64,000 nucleotides of DNA. It comes from an uncultured Oscillospiraceae bacterium (GTDB lineage: Bacteria; Bacillota; Clostridia; Oscillospirales; Acutalibacteraceae). The notes beneath the pieces are model-generated. The model worked only from the letters and a program-made list of their open reading frames with translations, searched no databases and had not been told where the DNA came from. Shown here piece after piece: positions 21,901 to 33,741 of this stretch (position 1 is the stretch's first letter; every line of letters starts with the position of its first letter). The translations under genes were made by a program, and so were the position numbers. Where the stretch lies: the NCBI GenBank assembly GCA_900539425.1, contig UQBX01000005.1:20908-84907 (forward strand), in the 5' to 3' direction.

Positions 21901-22230
21901 ACTTCTTCAGACAGCGTAAATTATTATCCTGCTGATGTTACTATTCAGGTAACATTTGCTGATGAAAGCGGTAATCCTGTTGATCCGGATGAACCGGACA
22001 ATCCGGATAATCCCGATAACCCTGACAATCCTGATAATCCTGATGTTCCCGACGGCAACGGCGGAAATTCAGGCAATTCAAACGGAAAGCTTCCGATTAA
22101 TAACAACAATCCGAATCTCCCGAATACAGGTGCTCAGGAAATTGCTGGTATGAGCTTTATCACAATAATACTTGCAGCTGTTGCAGGTATCGTAGTATGG
22201 CTTGTTCTCAGAAAAAGAATTGCAGAGTAA
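18946..22230 (+). CDS. Cell-wall-anchored surface protein (1094 aa). It has a signal peptide and a very acidic body. It carries one Listeria/Bacteroides-type (InlB B-repeat-like) domain and a (DNP)n linker. The C-terminus is an LPNTG sortase signal plus TM helix plus RKR tail.
   Basis: N-terminal MKKSKKLLSIFLAVVMLLSSFTAGFYAIA; C-terminal …PNLPNTGAQEIAGMSFITIILAAVAGIVVWLVLRKRIAE. Confidence 0.85.
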   Translation: MKKSKKLLSIFLAVVMLLSSFTAGFYAIAADDGSTADSAVADAQASIDAFYENRIYLFTESNKEKHEQAVKDYDASTAKVKALTEEQKLELDKAYYGFILYYVTQSVARDLNGGSASTSQYVDATMNHIADIEEVIGELPDSYMEVYDVFKAFYGNYTITSSTNWKDNDDAIAAYETWAKALVAMDEDQFEFANYFYPSGSGFYIYNTGLSAADRVFPNLVAYEFNIIQDNETESGKNPSSVSKSNYIKYNYSSKTGTWVEGQNGATYLAAYEDYYELVKSDRVAVAEKTLDFVLDLFESSYPGLTDAVNNVVDAGAALINDRDSVKLDEVKAVIDEYNNMDPEISAMASKILENSNLVMAASMDCPIELNEDTDATEAYNNAPNVKTYTGENLVEELNAYVNAALLEDFIEYVDGVDTDALTDEIIAEVQNLYSQLSGDNKGAIPEDTYNKFISIISPKKNVTDYADEIATFRPTDFVRPPESSVAWTEGGIQSFVDKLGGLVGSFVNLNDILSDNLYQDTVLEAIMDLYATLAHDETKIDVGIGGLTFELGQIIGWVVTPDSLADQLEEEKFAGAVAKIKAIEVTAEDKEAGIDEYDKLAAIDFTAEDFGFTAGDRDGFIDALLAVLRPVTVLLDPDAKIKAMGIMDVAVEIKMFDYTVSDDGVYTPGAYEKLLPMLEQLGLNDLPTAEEYKTNYYDVKEASGANIAADEFLRPLIESLFTNVVDPVCDDPLNGIIDVLPRLAYVVDGDRLNTWVKDALSQFGLLSALAGSLDLSTDAINNLIPNSIDVGALIGDGTDLVLNIGDLPWSTLADCATLSAVKSSTIYNEYTLLRTGETDSCMSTIFYWLYDVALADDDTYAALKTLIKGVVPSDLASLVDSVISMVLDPAQAAGKIDGYGLVLDNALIGGTPTGNEIWRIDATAGNGGTISPSGTVALKQADSRTFSIAASEGYTIASLVVNGKAVAAAEGKTAYEYTVNGAEVTSSDSVNYYPADVTIQVTFADESGNPVDPDEPDNPDNPDNPDNPDNPDVPDGNGGNSGNSNGKLPINNNNPNLPNTGAQEIAGMSFITIILAAVAGIVVWLVLRKRIAE
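21976..22047 (+). repeat. Imperfect 9-bp tandem repeat encoding (PDN)n (…DPDEPDNPDNPDNPDNPDNPDVPD).
   Basis: ccggataat/cccgataac/cctgacaat/cctgataat units read from the sequence. Confidence 0.7.
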
Positions 22231-22257
22231 TTAAACTTACGCAACAGGTTTAATTAT

Positions 22258-22296
22258 AAAAAGGGCTGCTCCTTTCGGGGCAGCCCTCATTTTATG
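22258..22296 (+). terminator. Rho-independent terminator (agggctgctcc-tttc-ggggcagccct + T-rich).
   Basis: Hairpin after the surface-protein stop. Confidence 0.75.
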
Positions 22297-22343
22297 ATAT
22301 ATGATAAAAATATAGGGCGCTTGCCGTGCGTGGCGACCCATCA

Positions 22344-22371
22344 AAAAAAGCCTCCGTTCGGAGGCTTTTTT
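22344..22371. terminator. Bidirectional terminator aaaaaagcctccgttcggaggctttttt. It serves the minus-strand gene 22370-22702.
   Basis: Perfect hairpin flanked by an A-run and a T-run. Confidence 0.8.
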
Positions 22372-22702
22372 AATTGTTTTCTGATGTTTGAGCAGGGGAG
22401 TCGGATTTAAAACCGTTTTTGCCCTTTACTTTTTCTATTATTTTTTTAATGCCGAATGTTATCGCTATACACAGCGGAAAATACGGTGTAAACGGTCCCG
22501 CCCAGAAAGCGAGATACGCTGTTGCTACTACTGAACCCCATTTTATGCCGAATATAAGGTGCAGCAGATATCCGCCCCATACAGGCGTATACATAAGGAC
22601 TACCACTATCAGCAAAAGCACAAGCGTGCGCCAGTCTTTGCATTCGCTCCATATCCATTTGCAGAAATTAACAGTCTTAATTTTTATCTTATTAATAAGC
22701 AC
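22370..22702 (-). CDS. Small membrane protein of unknown function (110 aa).
   Basis: Two to three hydrophobic helices. Its stop lies inside the terminator. Confidence 0.4.
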   Translation of the reverse strand: MLINKIKIKTVNFCKWIWSECKDWRTLVLLLIVVVLMYTPVWGGYLLHLIFGIKWGSVVATAYLAFWAGPFTPYFPLCIAITFGIKKIIEKVKGKNGFKSDSPAQTSENN

Positions 22703-22765
22703 TGTAAATCTGCTGTGAAAATCTCTTTTTATCTCAGTGCCGCTTTCGTTTTTGCCTACTGAACT

Positions 22766-23782
22766 TCAGTCGGGATAGCCGTTCGGATTCTGTTTCTGCC
22801 AGCGCCAGCTGTCCTCACACATCTCCTCAATATCGCGCTGAGCTTTCCATCCAAGCTCTTTTTCAGCCTTGCTCGGATCTGAATAGCAGGTTGCGATGTC
22901 GCCGTCACGGCGGGGGCCAATTTTATAAGGAATATTAACGCCGGATGCTTTTTCAAATGCTTTTACAACGTCAAGAACACTGTATCCCTTTCCTGTGCCA
23001 AGGTTGTATATGAAGAGACCTTCATTGTTTTCTGCTTTTTCAACAGCCTTTATGTGGCCGAGCGCAAGGTCAACAACGTGGATGTAATCACGTACGCCTG
23101 TTCCGTCAGGGGTGTCATAATCATTTCCCCATACATTGAGGTATTCACGTTTGCCGATAGCAACCTGGGTAATGTAAGGCATAAGGTTGTTCGGAATTCC
23201 GTTCGGGTCTTCACCCATTGTGCCGCTCTTGTGGGCGCCTATGGGGTTAAAGTAACGCAGCAGGCAGATAGACCAGGAGCTGTCTGAAGTATACAAGTCT
23301 TTCAGAATGCACTCGATCATATACTTTGTTCTGCCGTACGGATTTGTTACTCCGCCTACTTCCATATCTTCTGTAAGAGGAGAAATATTGTTCATTCCGT
23401 AAACTGTTGCGGATGAAGAGAAAACTATTTTTTTGCAGCCGTTATTTCTCATTACATCAAGTAAGATAAGAGTTCCGGTTACGTTATTGTCAAAATATTC
23501 AAGGGGCTTGTGAACGCTTTCGCCAACTGCTTTAAGTCCGGCGAAATGAATAACGGAATCAATCTTTTCTTTTTTGAATATTTCGTCAAGACCTTCTTTG
23601 TCTCTTATATCGCACTCGTAGAATTTAAAATCTTTGTTTACAAGCGCTCTTATTCTGTCCAGACTTGACTTTTTACAGTTATAGAAATTATCAACTATAA
23701 CAACGTCCTTACCTGCGTTAAGAAGTTCAACACAGGTGTGGCTGCCGATATAACCGGCTCCGCCTGTTACAAGTACCGCCAT
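22766..23782 (-). CDS. galE: UDP-glucose 4-epimerase.
   Basis: VLVTGGAGYIGSHT… NAD-binding Rossmann fold with a YxxxK SDR motif; 338 aa. Confidence 0.9.
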   Translation of the reverse strand: MAVLVTGGAGYIGSHTCVELLNAGKDVVIVDNFYNCKKSSLDRIRALVNKDFKFYECDIRDKEGLDEIFKKEKIDSVIHFAGLKAVGESVHKPLEYFDNNVTGTLILLDVMRNNGCKKIVFSSSATVYGMNNISPLTEDMEVGGVTNPYGRTKYMIECILKDLYTSDSSWSICLLRYFNPIGAHKSGTMGEDPNGIPNNLMPYITQVAIGKREYLNVWGNDYDTPDGTGVRDYIHVVDLALGHIKAVEKAENNEGLFIYNLGTGKGYSVLDVVKAFEKASGVNIPYKIGPRRDGDIATCYSDPSKAEKELGWKAQRDIEEMCEDSWRWQKQNPNGYPD

Positions 23783-23825
23783 ATTGAATACCTCCGTAAA
23801 ATTTATTTAAATTTATTTCATGCAA

Positions 23826-25268
23826 TTAATAAGCTTTGCCCCAGTAGAGCATCTTTTTTGCCGGCTTTCCGCAGCAAACGCAAACGTCTGAAATGTTTTC
23901 CTGTTCCAGCGGAATACAGCGAGAACCTACTCCGGTTATTTCCTTTACTTTGTCCTCACACGCCTCGTCACCGCACCACATGGCTTTTACAAATCCGTCG
24001 CCGTTTTCATCAAGTGCTTTTATTATTTCGTCAGTAGTTTTGCAGGAATATGTGCGTCTTTCTCTGTTTTCAAGAGCGGCTTCATAAAGTCCGTTGCGTA
24101 CTTCTTCAAGTTTCTGCGGGATAACAGTTTCAAGTTCGTCAAGAGAAACGAAAGTCTTTTCTCTGTTGTGGCGTGTAACTATAACGCACTGGTTCTTTTC
24201 AATATCCTTGGGGCCTATTTCAACTCTTATCGGCACGCCTTTCATTTCATACTCGGCAAATTTCCAGCCCGGTGTGTTTTCAGATACATCAATGCCGGCG
24301 CGGCAGATTTTCTTCAGCCTGTCGCAAACTTCGTTTGCCTTTTCAAGCACGCCTTCTTTGTGCTGCGCAACAGGGATAACCATTACCTGAATTGGAGCAA
24401 CAGCAGGGGGAAGAACAAGTCCGTTGTTATCTCCGTGGGTCATGATGATAGCGCCGATAAGACGAGTGGTCATTCCCCATGAAGTCTGGAACGGATACTG
24501 AAGCTTGTTCTCTTTATCTGCAAACTGTATTTCAAAGGCTTTTGCAAATCCGTCACCGAAATAGTGTGAAGTGCCTGCCTGAAGCGCTTTGCCGTCATGC
24601 ATAAGCGCTTCTATACAATATGTGCGCTCTGCGCCTGCAAATTTGTCGCTGTCTGTTTTCATGCCCTGAACAACAGGAATAGCAAGATACTTCTGGCAGA
24701 ATTCAGTATAGATGTTTAACATTCTTTCGGTTTCTTCTATAGCTTCCTCTGCGGTAGCATGAAGGGTATGACCCTCCTGCCATAAAAATTCTCTTGAACG
24801 CAGGAAAGGTCTTGTTGTCTTTTCCCAGCGAACAACGGAAACCCACTGATTATAAAGTTTGGGAAGATCCCTGTAAGAATGAACTATATTTTTGAAGTGC
24901 TCACAGAAAAGAGTTTCGGAAGTTGGGCGCACGCAAAGTCTTTCTTCAAGCTTTTCGCTGCCGCCCATAGTTACCCATGCACATTCGGGAGCAAATCCCT
25001 CAACGTGGTCTTTTTCTTTCTGAAGCAGGCTTTCGGGAATAAACATCGGCATACAAACATTTTCATGGCCTGTAGCCTTGAACATGTCGTCAAGTATCCT
25101 TTGAATGTTTTCCCATATAGCGTAGCCGTACGGGCGGATTACCATGCAGCCCTTTACGCTTGTGTATTCGATAAGCTCTGCTTTTTTACATATATCGGTG
25201 TACCATTTTGCAAAATCATCATCCATTGAGGTGATGTCGTCCACCATTTTTTTCTGCTCTTTTGCCAT
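23826..25268 (-). CDS. proS: Prolyl-tRNA synthetase, archaeal/eukaryotic-type class II (with a C-terminal Zn-binding domain).
   Basis: 480 aa with class II motifs and a C-terminal …CGDEACE…[18 protein letters not shown]. Confidence 0.85.
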   Translation of the reverse strand: MAKEQKKMVDDITSMDDDFAKWYTDICKKAELIEYTSVKGCMVIRPYGYAIWENIQRILDDMFKATGHENVCMPMFIPESLLQKEKDHVEGFAPECAWVTMGGSEKLEERLCVRPTSETLFCEHFKNIVHSYRDLPKLYNQWVSVVRWEKTTRPFLRSREFLWQEGHTLHATAEEAIEETERMLNIYTEFCQKYLAIPVVQGMKTDSDKFAGAERTYCIEALMHDGKALQAGTSHYFGDGFAKAFEIQFADKENKLQYPFQTSWGMTTRLIGAIIMTHGDNNGLVLPPAVAPIQVMVIPVAQHKEGVLEKANEVCDRLKKICRAGIDVSENTPGWKFAEYEMKGVPIRVEIGPKDIEKNQCVIVTRHNREKTFVSLDELETVIPQKLEEVRNGLYEAALENRERRTYSCKTTDEIIKALDENGDGFVKAMWCGDEACEDKVKEITGVGSRCIPLEQENISDVCVCCGKPAKKMLYWGKAY

Positions 25269-25422
25269 AATAACTCCTCTATATATCCTATAAAATATTA
25301 TTAGTATTATTCAAGATAATTATATACTATCTTTGCGGGCAAGTAAATGTAACATTTAGATAAAAAAAGTTTGATTTAATATGATTTTTTTTATACAAAA
25401 GACTTAATTTGCAGTTAAACTG

Positions 25423-25450
25423 TTGCAAATTGGAAAAGAAGTGCTATAAT
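25423..25450 (+). promoter_or_regulatory. atp operon promoter TTGCAA-16-TATAAT.
   Basis: Read from the sequence, ~35 nt upstream of the atpB TTG start. Confidence 0.55.
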
Positions 25451-25482
25451 GAGCGTGAATTTGTGAATGGGAGGCGAAAGCT

Positions 25483-26178
25483 TTGGATATAGGCGAAAGG
25501 CTTGTTGATGAGCTTAACTGCAAAGATATTTTCTCATTCGATATTTTTGGTTTAAACATAACTATTAAAGAATCAATTGTGGTTATGTGGATAATAATGG
25601 CCGTTATCATGATTCTTTCCCTTTTGCTTACCCGTAATTTGAAAATAGAGGGCAAAATAAGCAAGCGCCAGTTGTTTCTTGAAATGTGCGTCGAAAAAAT
25701 GGCAAACTTTTTCAGAACAAATATCGGCAAAGGCGCGGAAGATCATCTTTCATGGCTTATGTCACTCGCCGTTCTGATCGGTGCGTCAAATATGGTGGGT
25801 ATCTTCGGATTTAAACCTCCAACCAAAGATATTAATGTCACAATGGGCCTTGCCCTTTGCAGTATTATATATATTCAGTATGCAAGCATTCACGCACGCG
25901 GCACAAAAGGCTGGCTTAAAAGCTTTGCTCAGCCGTCACCCATAGTGGTTTTCAATAACGTGCTTGAATTAGGAATAAAACCGCTTTCACTTTGTATGCG
26001 ACTTTTCGGTAACATCATAGGCGCGTATATACTTATGGAACTCATAAAGATGGTTGTGCCTGTATTCGTACCGATAGTGCTGAGCCTGTATTTCGATATA
26101 TTTGACGGATTTATACAGGCGTATGTATTTGTATTTTTAAATTCAGTTTATATTCAAGAGGCAATGGGCAACGAATAG
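25483..26178 (+). CDS. atpB: F0F1 ATP synthase subunit a (TTG start).
   Basis: Polytopic protein. The …RLFGN…G… motif is present. First gene of the atp operon; RBS gggagg. Confidence 0.85.
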   Translation: MDIGERLVDELNCKDIFSFDIFGLNITIKESIVVMWIIMAVIMILSLLLTRNLKIEGKISKRQLFLEMCVEKMANFFRTNIGKGAEDHLSWLMSLAVLIGASNMVGIFGFKPPTKDINVTMGLALCSIIYIQYASIHARGTKGWLKSFAQPSPIVVFNNVLELGIKPLSLCMRLFGNIIGAYILMELIKMVVPVFVPIVLSLYFDIFDGFIQAYVFVFLNSVYIQEAMGNE

Positions 26179-26226
26179 CAGCCCTGCCCTTAAGAATAAA
26201 TATTTTAAATCAAAGGAGAAATTTTT

Positions 26227-26454
26227 ATGTCTACATCTATTATAGCAATCGCTGCTGCTATCGCAGCTTTCGGCGGTGTAATTGCAGGTTTCGGTATCGC
26301 AAAGGCAACTGGTAAGGCTGCAGACGCTATCGCACGTCAGCCTGAAGCAGCAGGAGATATAAGAACTACTCTTATTCTCGGTGGTGCTCTTGCAGAGGCA
26401 ACTGCAGTATACGGCTTGGTAGCAAGCATCCTTATTATATTCATGCTCGGCTAA
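26227..26454 (+). CDS. atpE: ATP synthase subunit c.
   Basis: 75-aa hairpin proteolipid, …ARQPEAAGDIRTTLILGGALAEATAVYGLV. Confidence 0.93.
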   Translation: MSTSIIAIAAAIAAFGGVIAGFGIAKATGKAADAIARQPEAAGDIRTTLILGGALAEATAVYGLVASILIIFMLG

Positions 26455-26509
26455 ATCCACGCTCGGCTAATTTTGCGCTTGAATTCGGCGCGGAAAGGAA
26501 AATGTAAAT

Positions 26510-27016
26510 ATGATTGATATCAGCTTTTGGAATATTTTATGGACAGCTGTAAATCTTCTGATATTATACCTGTTTGCTAAAAAATTTCTTTTCGGCCGTA
26601 TCCTTAAGATTATGGAGGAAAGAAAGAAGCACATCAACGGGCAGTTTGAAGAGGCAGATAAAAAAGAGCAGGATGCCCTCAAACTCAAAAAGAAGTATGA
26701 GGATATGCTTGAAGGCGCTAACGAGGAGCGTAATGAGATAATCAGCAACGCCAAAAAGAATGCTGACGCACAGTACAGTAGAATCGTTGCCAACGCTTCC
26801 GAGGAAGCAAACCGCCTTATTGAAAGTGCCCACAAATCGGTGGAAAACGAACGCCGCCAGGTGCTTCAGTCTGCGCAGAGCGAAATTGCGGATATTGCTA
26901 TTGCCGCGGCAAAAAAAGTTATTGCCGGCAATACCTCTGCGGAAAATGACAGCCGTATTTACAATGACTTTATAGACGAGGTTGATAATGATGGTTCTGA
27001 CTCAGACGGCGATTAA
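26510..27016 (+). CDS. atpF: ATP synthase subunit b (acidic C-terminal DNDGSDSDGD tail).
   Basis: N-terminal TM helix plus a long charged coiled coil. Confidence 0.85.
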   Translation: MIDISFWNILWTAVNLLILYLFAKKFLFGRILKIMEERKKHINGQFEEADKKEQDALKLKKKYEDMLEGANEERNEIISNAKKNADAQYSRIVANASEEANRLIESAHKSVENERRQVLQSAQSEIADIAIAAAKKVIAGNTSAENDSRIYNDFIDEVDNDGSDSDGD

Positions 27017-27506
27017 TTACGCCGAGGCCATGTATGAGGCAGGGTTTACCAAAGAGCAGCTTGAAGAAGTGAGAAATGCTTTTTCAGACTGTGAGCTTCT
27101 TGGCAGGCTTCTGGCAGTGCCCGTTATCCCCCAAAAGGAAAAATATGCTGCTGTTGACGAGATATTTACGGGCGAAGCTGCAAATCTTGTAAAGCTTATG
27201 TGCGAAAACGGATGTGTTTCAGAGATTTTGCTTGTGTGTGAGGCTTATGAAGAGCTTCTTAAAGCAAAATCAAAAGAAGCTCAGGCTGTTTTGACCTGTG
27301 TAAATCCGCCCGATGACAAACAGCTTGAAAAGATCAGGCAGTTTGTATGCAAAAAACAAGGAACCGATTCCGCTCAGATAGTCATTAAGAAAGATCCGGA
27401 TATTCTCGGAGGATTTATAATTCAGTGCGGTGATACTGTGTATGACCGCAGCCTTAAAGGCAGAATTGACAGTTTAAGAAGGAATCTGGTTGGAGAAGTT
27501 GATTAA
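26988..27506 (+). CDS. atpH: ATP synthase subunit delta (OSCP). Its start overlaps the 3' end of atpF.
   Basis: Position between atpF and atpA, ~170 aa helical protein. Start is ambiguous (TTG 26982, ATG 26988 or ATG 26991). Confidence 0.75.
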   Translation: MMVLTQTAINYAEAMYEAGFTKEQLEEVRNAFSDCELLGRLLAVPVIPQKEKYAAVDEIFTGEAANLVKLMCENGCVSEILLVCEAYEELLKAKSKEAQAVLTCVNPPDDKQLEKIRQFVCKKQGTDSAQIVIKKDPDILGGFIIQCGDTVYDRSLKGRIDSLRRNLVGEVD

Positions 27507-29010
27507 ATGAGTACCATAAATTCAAACGAAATAATATCAATACTGAAAGAAAAAATAGTTGATTTTGATTTCAGTGAAAAAAGCGAAGAGGTAGGCACAG
27601 TTATCTGCGTAGGTGACGGTATCGCAACAATTTACGGTATGGAACATGCCATGTACGGCGAGATAGTTGTGTTTGAAAACGGCCTGAAAGGCATGATACA
27701 GGATATCAAAAGCAATCAAATAGGCTGTATACTCTTTGGTGATGAATCTGAGATACATGAGGGCACAAAGGTTAAGCGCACACGCAAAAAAGCGGGTGTT
27801 CCCGTAGGTGATGCCTTTGTCGGCAGAGTTGTAAATGCTCTGTGCGAGCCTATTGACGGCGCAGGCGAGATTAAGTCTGATGATTACAGACTTGTTGAAA
27901 ATGCCGCACCTTCAATCGTGGACAGAAAATCTGTATCCGTTCCGCTTGAAACGGGTATTCTTGCAATAGATTCAATGTTCCCCATAGGCAGAGGTCAGCG
28001 TGAACTTATTATCGGTGACCGCCAGACAGGTAAAACATCTATCGCCCTTGACGCTATCCTTAATCAGAAAGGCAAAAACTGCATTTGTATCTACAATGCA
28101 ATCGGCCAGAAAACTTCCACCGTTGCAAAACTTGTAAGCACTCTCAAGAAAAACGGAGCAATGGATTATACTATTGTTGTATGCTCAAGCGCTGCGGATT
28201 CCGCTTCACTTCAGTATATCGCACCGTATTCCGCTACGGCTCTTGCGGAGTACTTTATGTATAACGGCAAGGATGTTCTTATTGTATATGATGATTTAAG
28301 CAAGCACGCAGTTGCTTACCGCGCGCTTTCGCTTTTGCTTGAAAGGTCTCCCGGCCGTGAGGCTTACCCCGGCGACGTTTTCTATCTTCATTCAAGACTG
28401 CTTGAGCGTTCAAGCAGACTTTCTGATGAACTCGGCGGCGGCTCTATTACGGCTCTTCCTGTTATTGAAACTCAGGCGGGCGACGTTTCAGCTTATATTC
28501 CCACAAATGTTATTTCCATTACAGACGGACAGATATTCCTTGAGAGTGATCTGTTCTTCAGCGGTCAGCGCCCTGCCGTAAACGTAGGTCTTTCCGTATC
28601 ACGTGTAGGCGGCGCAGCACAGACAAAAGCAATGAAAAAGGCTGCCGGCTCACTTCGTGTAGACCTTGCGCAGTTCAGGGAAATGGAAGTATTTACTCAG
28701 TTCTCATCAGATCTTGATGAAGAAACAAAAGCAAGTCTTAACTACGGAAAGGGCCTTATGGAGCTGCTTAAACAGCCTCTTGGTCATCCTATGTCGCTTG
28801 CGGATCAGGTTATAACGCTTGTAGGCGCAATAGGCAAAAAGTTTGTTAATGTGCCTGTTGATAAGATCAAGGAATACCAGGGCAGTATGCTTGAGTATTT
28901 TAAGGATAACTGCACTGATATAGTTGATGAGATTCAGAACGGTAAAACGCTTACTGATGAGCTCAGGGATAAGATCCTGAAAGCTATTGACGATTTCGGG
29001 AAGGCGAATA

Positions 29011-29018
<8 letters not shown>
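27507..29018 (+). CDS. atpA: ATP synthase subunit alpha.
   Basis: [11 protein letters not shown] Walker A, 503 aa. Confidence 0.97.
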
Positions 29019-31294
<2,276 letters not shown>

Positions 31295-31295
<1 letters not shown>

Positions 31296-31708
31296 TGGAT
31301 AACTTCAAGATAAAAATTGTTGCTTCCAACAAGGTGTTTTATGACGGCGAAGCTCAAAGTGTTACCGTGCCTTATATTGACGGCGGTTCGGTTGCTTTTC
31401 TTGCTCACCACTGCAATGCGGTAATTCCCATTGACGCGGGCGAGATGAAACTCAAAACAGCCGACGGTGAAATTAAGGAAGCTTTTGTCAGCGATGGTTT
31501 TCTGGAATTTCTTTCAAATGAGGCAACAATGGTATGCGTTTCCGTTGAGCTGCCCGAAGAGATAGATAAAAGACGTGCCGAAGAGGCAAAGGAAAGAGCC
31601 GAGGAAGAACTGCGCCAAAAAATGAGCCAGTACGACTATTATGTTACCAAAGCTAATCTTTCCAGAGCCATGGAAAGAATAAAGGTTAAAAACAGGCACC
31701 AGATATGA
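31295..31708 (+). CDS. atpC: ATP synthase subunit epsilon.
   Basis: 137 aa, operon position, TAATGG overlap with atpD. Confidence 0.85.
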
Positions 31709-31768
31709 TTTTACTAAGGGGATTTCTGCGTTTGCGGATTTCCCCGCAGTTTGTTTAAGGAGATTTTT

Positions 31769-33034
31769 ATGCCCGTTAAACTTATTGCGTGTGATTTGGA
31801 CGGCACTCTGCTTGGTGCAGACCATATCACTGTTTCGGAAAGAAATAAAAAAGCGCTTTTTGAAGCTCACGAAAAAGGCATAAAGCTTGCCGTGGCAACG
31901 GGGCGCACGCTTTCAGTAATATATAATGTTATAGACCAGCTTCCGTTTCTTGATTATGTTATTTATTCAAACGGCGCCGCTGTGTGTGACCTCAAAACCG
32001 CAAAAACGGTGTATGAGGATTATATGCCGGCTGAAACAGCTTTGGATATATTCAAGTTTTTAAGCAGATTCCCTGCATATTTCGAATTTTATCAGGACGG
32101 AAAGCAGCATGCCCAAAACGGCAGAGAAAAATATTTTACAGGTATGGATCTGCCTCAGGAATTTCTTGATTCGTATGCGGCGTCAACAATTATGCACGAT
32201 GATATTATGACGCTTGCAGATAAAAATGTTGAAAAGATAAACCTGTTTTACTTTGGCGGGGAATATTATGATGAAATAAAGAACTATCTTTTCAGCCACA
32301 GCGGAATAGACTGTACTTCGCCCGTTTCCGGAGATATTGAAATGACGGCTAAAGGCGTAGATAAAGCCAAGGCGCTTGAGGGTCTGTGTTCAGAACTCGG
32401 TATAGACAGCAGTGAGGTCATGGCATTCGGAGATGCCGATAACGATCTCGGTATGCTTGAGTTTGCCGGTTACGGCACCGCAATGGAAAATGCCGCACAG
32501 ATATGCAAGGATAAAGCCAAGTATGTGACTCTTACAAATGAGGAGGACGGCGTTGCAGCTTTTGTGGAGAGATATGCACTCGGCAAAAAGCCAAAGCTTA
32601 TCGTATCCGCGTGCCTGCTTGGTGAAAACTGTAAATACAACGGCGGCAACAATAAAAATAACTCTGTTATTAATTTGCAGAAAGATTTTGATGTGGTTGC
32701 GGTTTGCCCGGAATGTTTCGGCGGTCTAAAGATACCGAGACTCCCTAACGAAATAATAGACGGCAGGGCAATTTCAAAGGACGGCAAGGATTTTACCGCC
32801 GAATATTTGAAAGGCGCAAGGAAAACACTTTATGTTGCCGAAGAATGCGGAGCACAGTATGCTGTTCTTAAGGAGAGAAGCCCGTCCTGCGGCAAAGGTG
32901 TTATATATGACGGTACATTTTCCGGGTCGCTCACTGATGGAAACGGAATTACAGCAGATCTTCTTATTAAAAGCGGAATAATGGTTTTTGGTGAAAGTGA
33001 GATAGATAAACTGCTTGACGAGGCAGGATTATAA
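31769..33034 (+). CDS. Fusion protein: N-terminal Cof-type HAD-IIB phosphatase (~270 aa) joined to a C-terminal DUF523 / TudS-like [4Fe-4S] thiouracil desulfidase-family domain.
   Basis: HAD motif I IACDLDGTLLG and motif IV GDADND. C-terminal KLIVSACLLGENCKYNGG…VCPECFGG…SPSCGKG with the three conserved Cys of DUF523. Confidence 0.7.
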   Translation: MPVKLIACDLDGTLLGADHITVSERNKKALFEAHEKGIKLAVATGRTLSVIYNVIDQLPFLDYVIYSNGAAVCDLKTAKTVYEDYMPAETALDIFKFLSRFPAYFEFYQDGKQHAQNGREKYFTGMDLPQEFLDSYAASTIMHDDIMTLADKNVEKINLFYFGGEYYDEIKNYLFSHSGIDCTSPVSGDIEMTAKGVDKAKALEGLCSELGIDSSEVMAFGDADNDLGMLEFAGYGTAMENAAQICKDKAKYVTLTNEEDGVAAFVERYALGKKPKLIVSACLLGENCKYNGGNNKNNSVINLQKDFDVVAVCPECFGGLKIPRLPNEIIDGRAISKDGKDFTAEYLKGARKTLYVAEECGAQYAVLKERSPSCGKGVIYDGTFSGSLTDGNGITADLLIKSGIMVFGESEIDKLLDEAGL

Positions 33035-33078
33035 ATATATAATTGATTTATATATCAATATATATTAGGGGTGTAGTG

Positions 33079-33567
33079 ATGAAAAGCAAAAAAATCTTTG
33101 CAGCTGCTGCGGCATTGTTGCTGGTGTTTTCTTTTGTGTTTGCAGGCTGTTCCGAAAAAGTAAACGAGATAACTACTGATAACGCAGTAATAAAAGAGGA
33201 TGAGGCCGTAGACCTTATTAAGAGTTATTCAACTGCCGAACTCGGGCTTTCGGGTGATTGGAGCGATTATAATTTCGCAGGTTATAATAACAGCGGAGTT
33301 AAAGTTGAAGACGGCTCTCATGACGGTTATTATGTTGAAGTCAGAATAGGCAACAAGATCGAAAATGATGACGGAACGCTCGATTTTGATATTGTAGGTC
33401 ATTATCTTATCAGCTATGACGGTAAAACTATTCTGAAATATGATCCGGTCAACGAAACGTATACACCGCTTTCCGAGATCACCACTTCCGACGCTCAGGA
33501 ACAGCAGACGAATACTGCCGAAGAAAAAACAAGTTCTCAAAGCACAACAGCTAAGGCAGAAAACTAA
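33079..33567 (+). CDS. Lipoprotein of unknown function.
   Basis: Signal peptide with lipobox VFAGC, Thr/Gln-rich C-terminus. Confidence 0.6.
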   Translation: MKSKKIFAAAAALLLVFSFVFAGCSEKVNEITTDNAVIKEDEAVDLIKSYSTAELGLSGDWSDYNFAGYNNSGVKVEDGSHDGYYVEVRIGNKIENDDGTLDFDIVGHYLISYDGKTILKYDPVNETYTPLSEITTSDAQEQQTNTAEEKTSSQSTTAKAEN

Positions 33568-33581
33568 TATAACAGGTATGT

Positions 33582-33622
33582 CAGACGTATAAAAGTATTA
33601 TTGCTTTTATGCGTCTGTTTTT
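33582..33622 (+). terminator. Rho-independent terminator (14-bp stem cagacgtataaaag…cttttatgcgtctg + T5).
   Basis: Read from the sequence. Confidence 0.8.
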
Positions 33623-33741
33623 ATATAGAAGTCTTTAATTGTGAACAATTTTTAAAAAGCGCACGGTATAGAGGTATAGGGGTAAAACTTTGTTGAAAAG
33701 GGCGTTTTTTTATGTTAGAATGGGAGAAAGGAGTGTCAGCT

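Noticed and set aside
25269-25482. Looked for a T-box leader upstream of proS (minus strand), as commonly found for aminoacyl-tRNA synthetases in Firmicutes.
   Set aside because: No T-box consensus (…GGTGGTACCGCG… or its reverse complement) is present. The region instead holds the atp promoter.
31716-31760. Possible terminator after atpC (gggga…tcccc / ctgcg…cgcag).
   Set aside because: The stems are short and imperfect and the U-tract is poor. The downstream HAD-DUF523 gene may simply be co-transcribed, so it is not listed as a feature.
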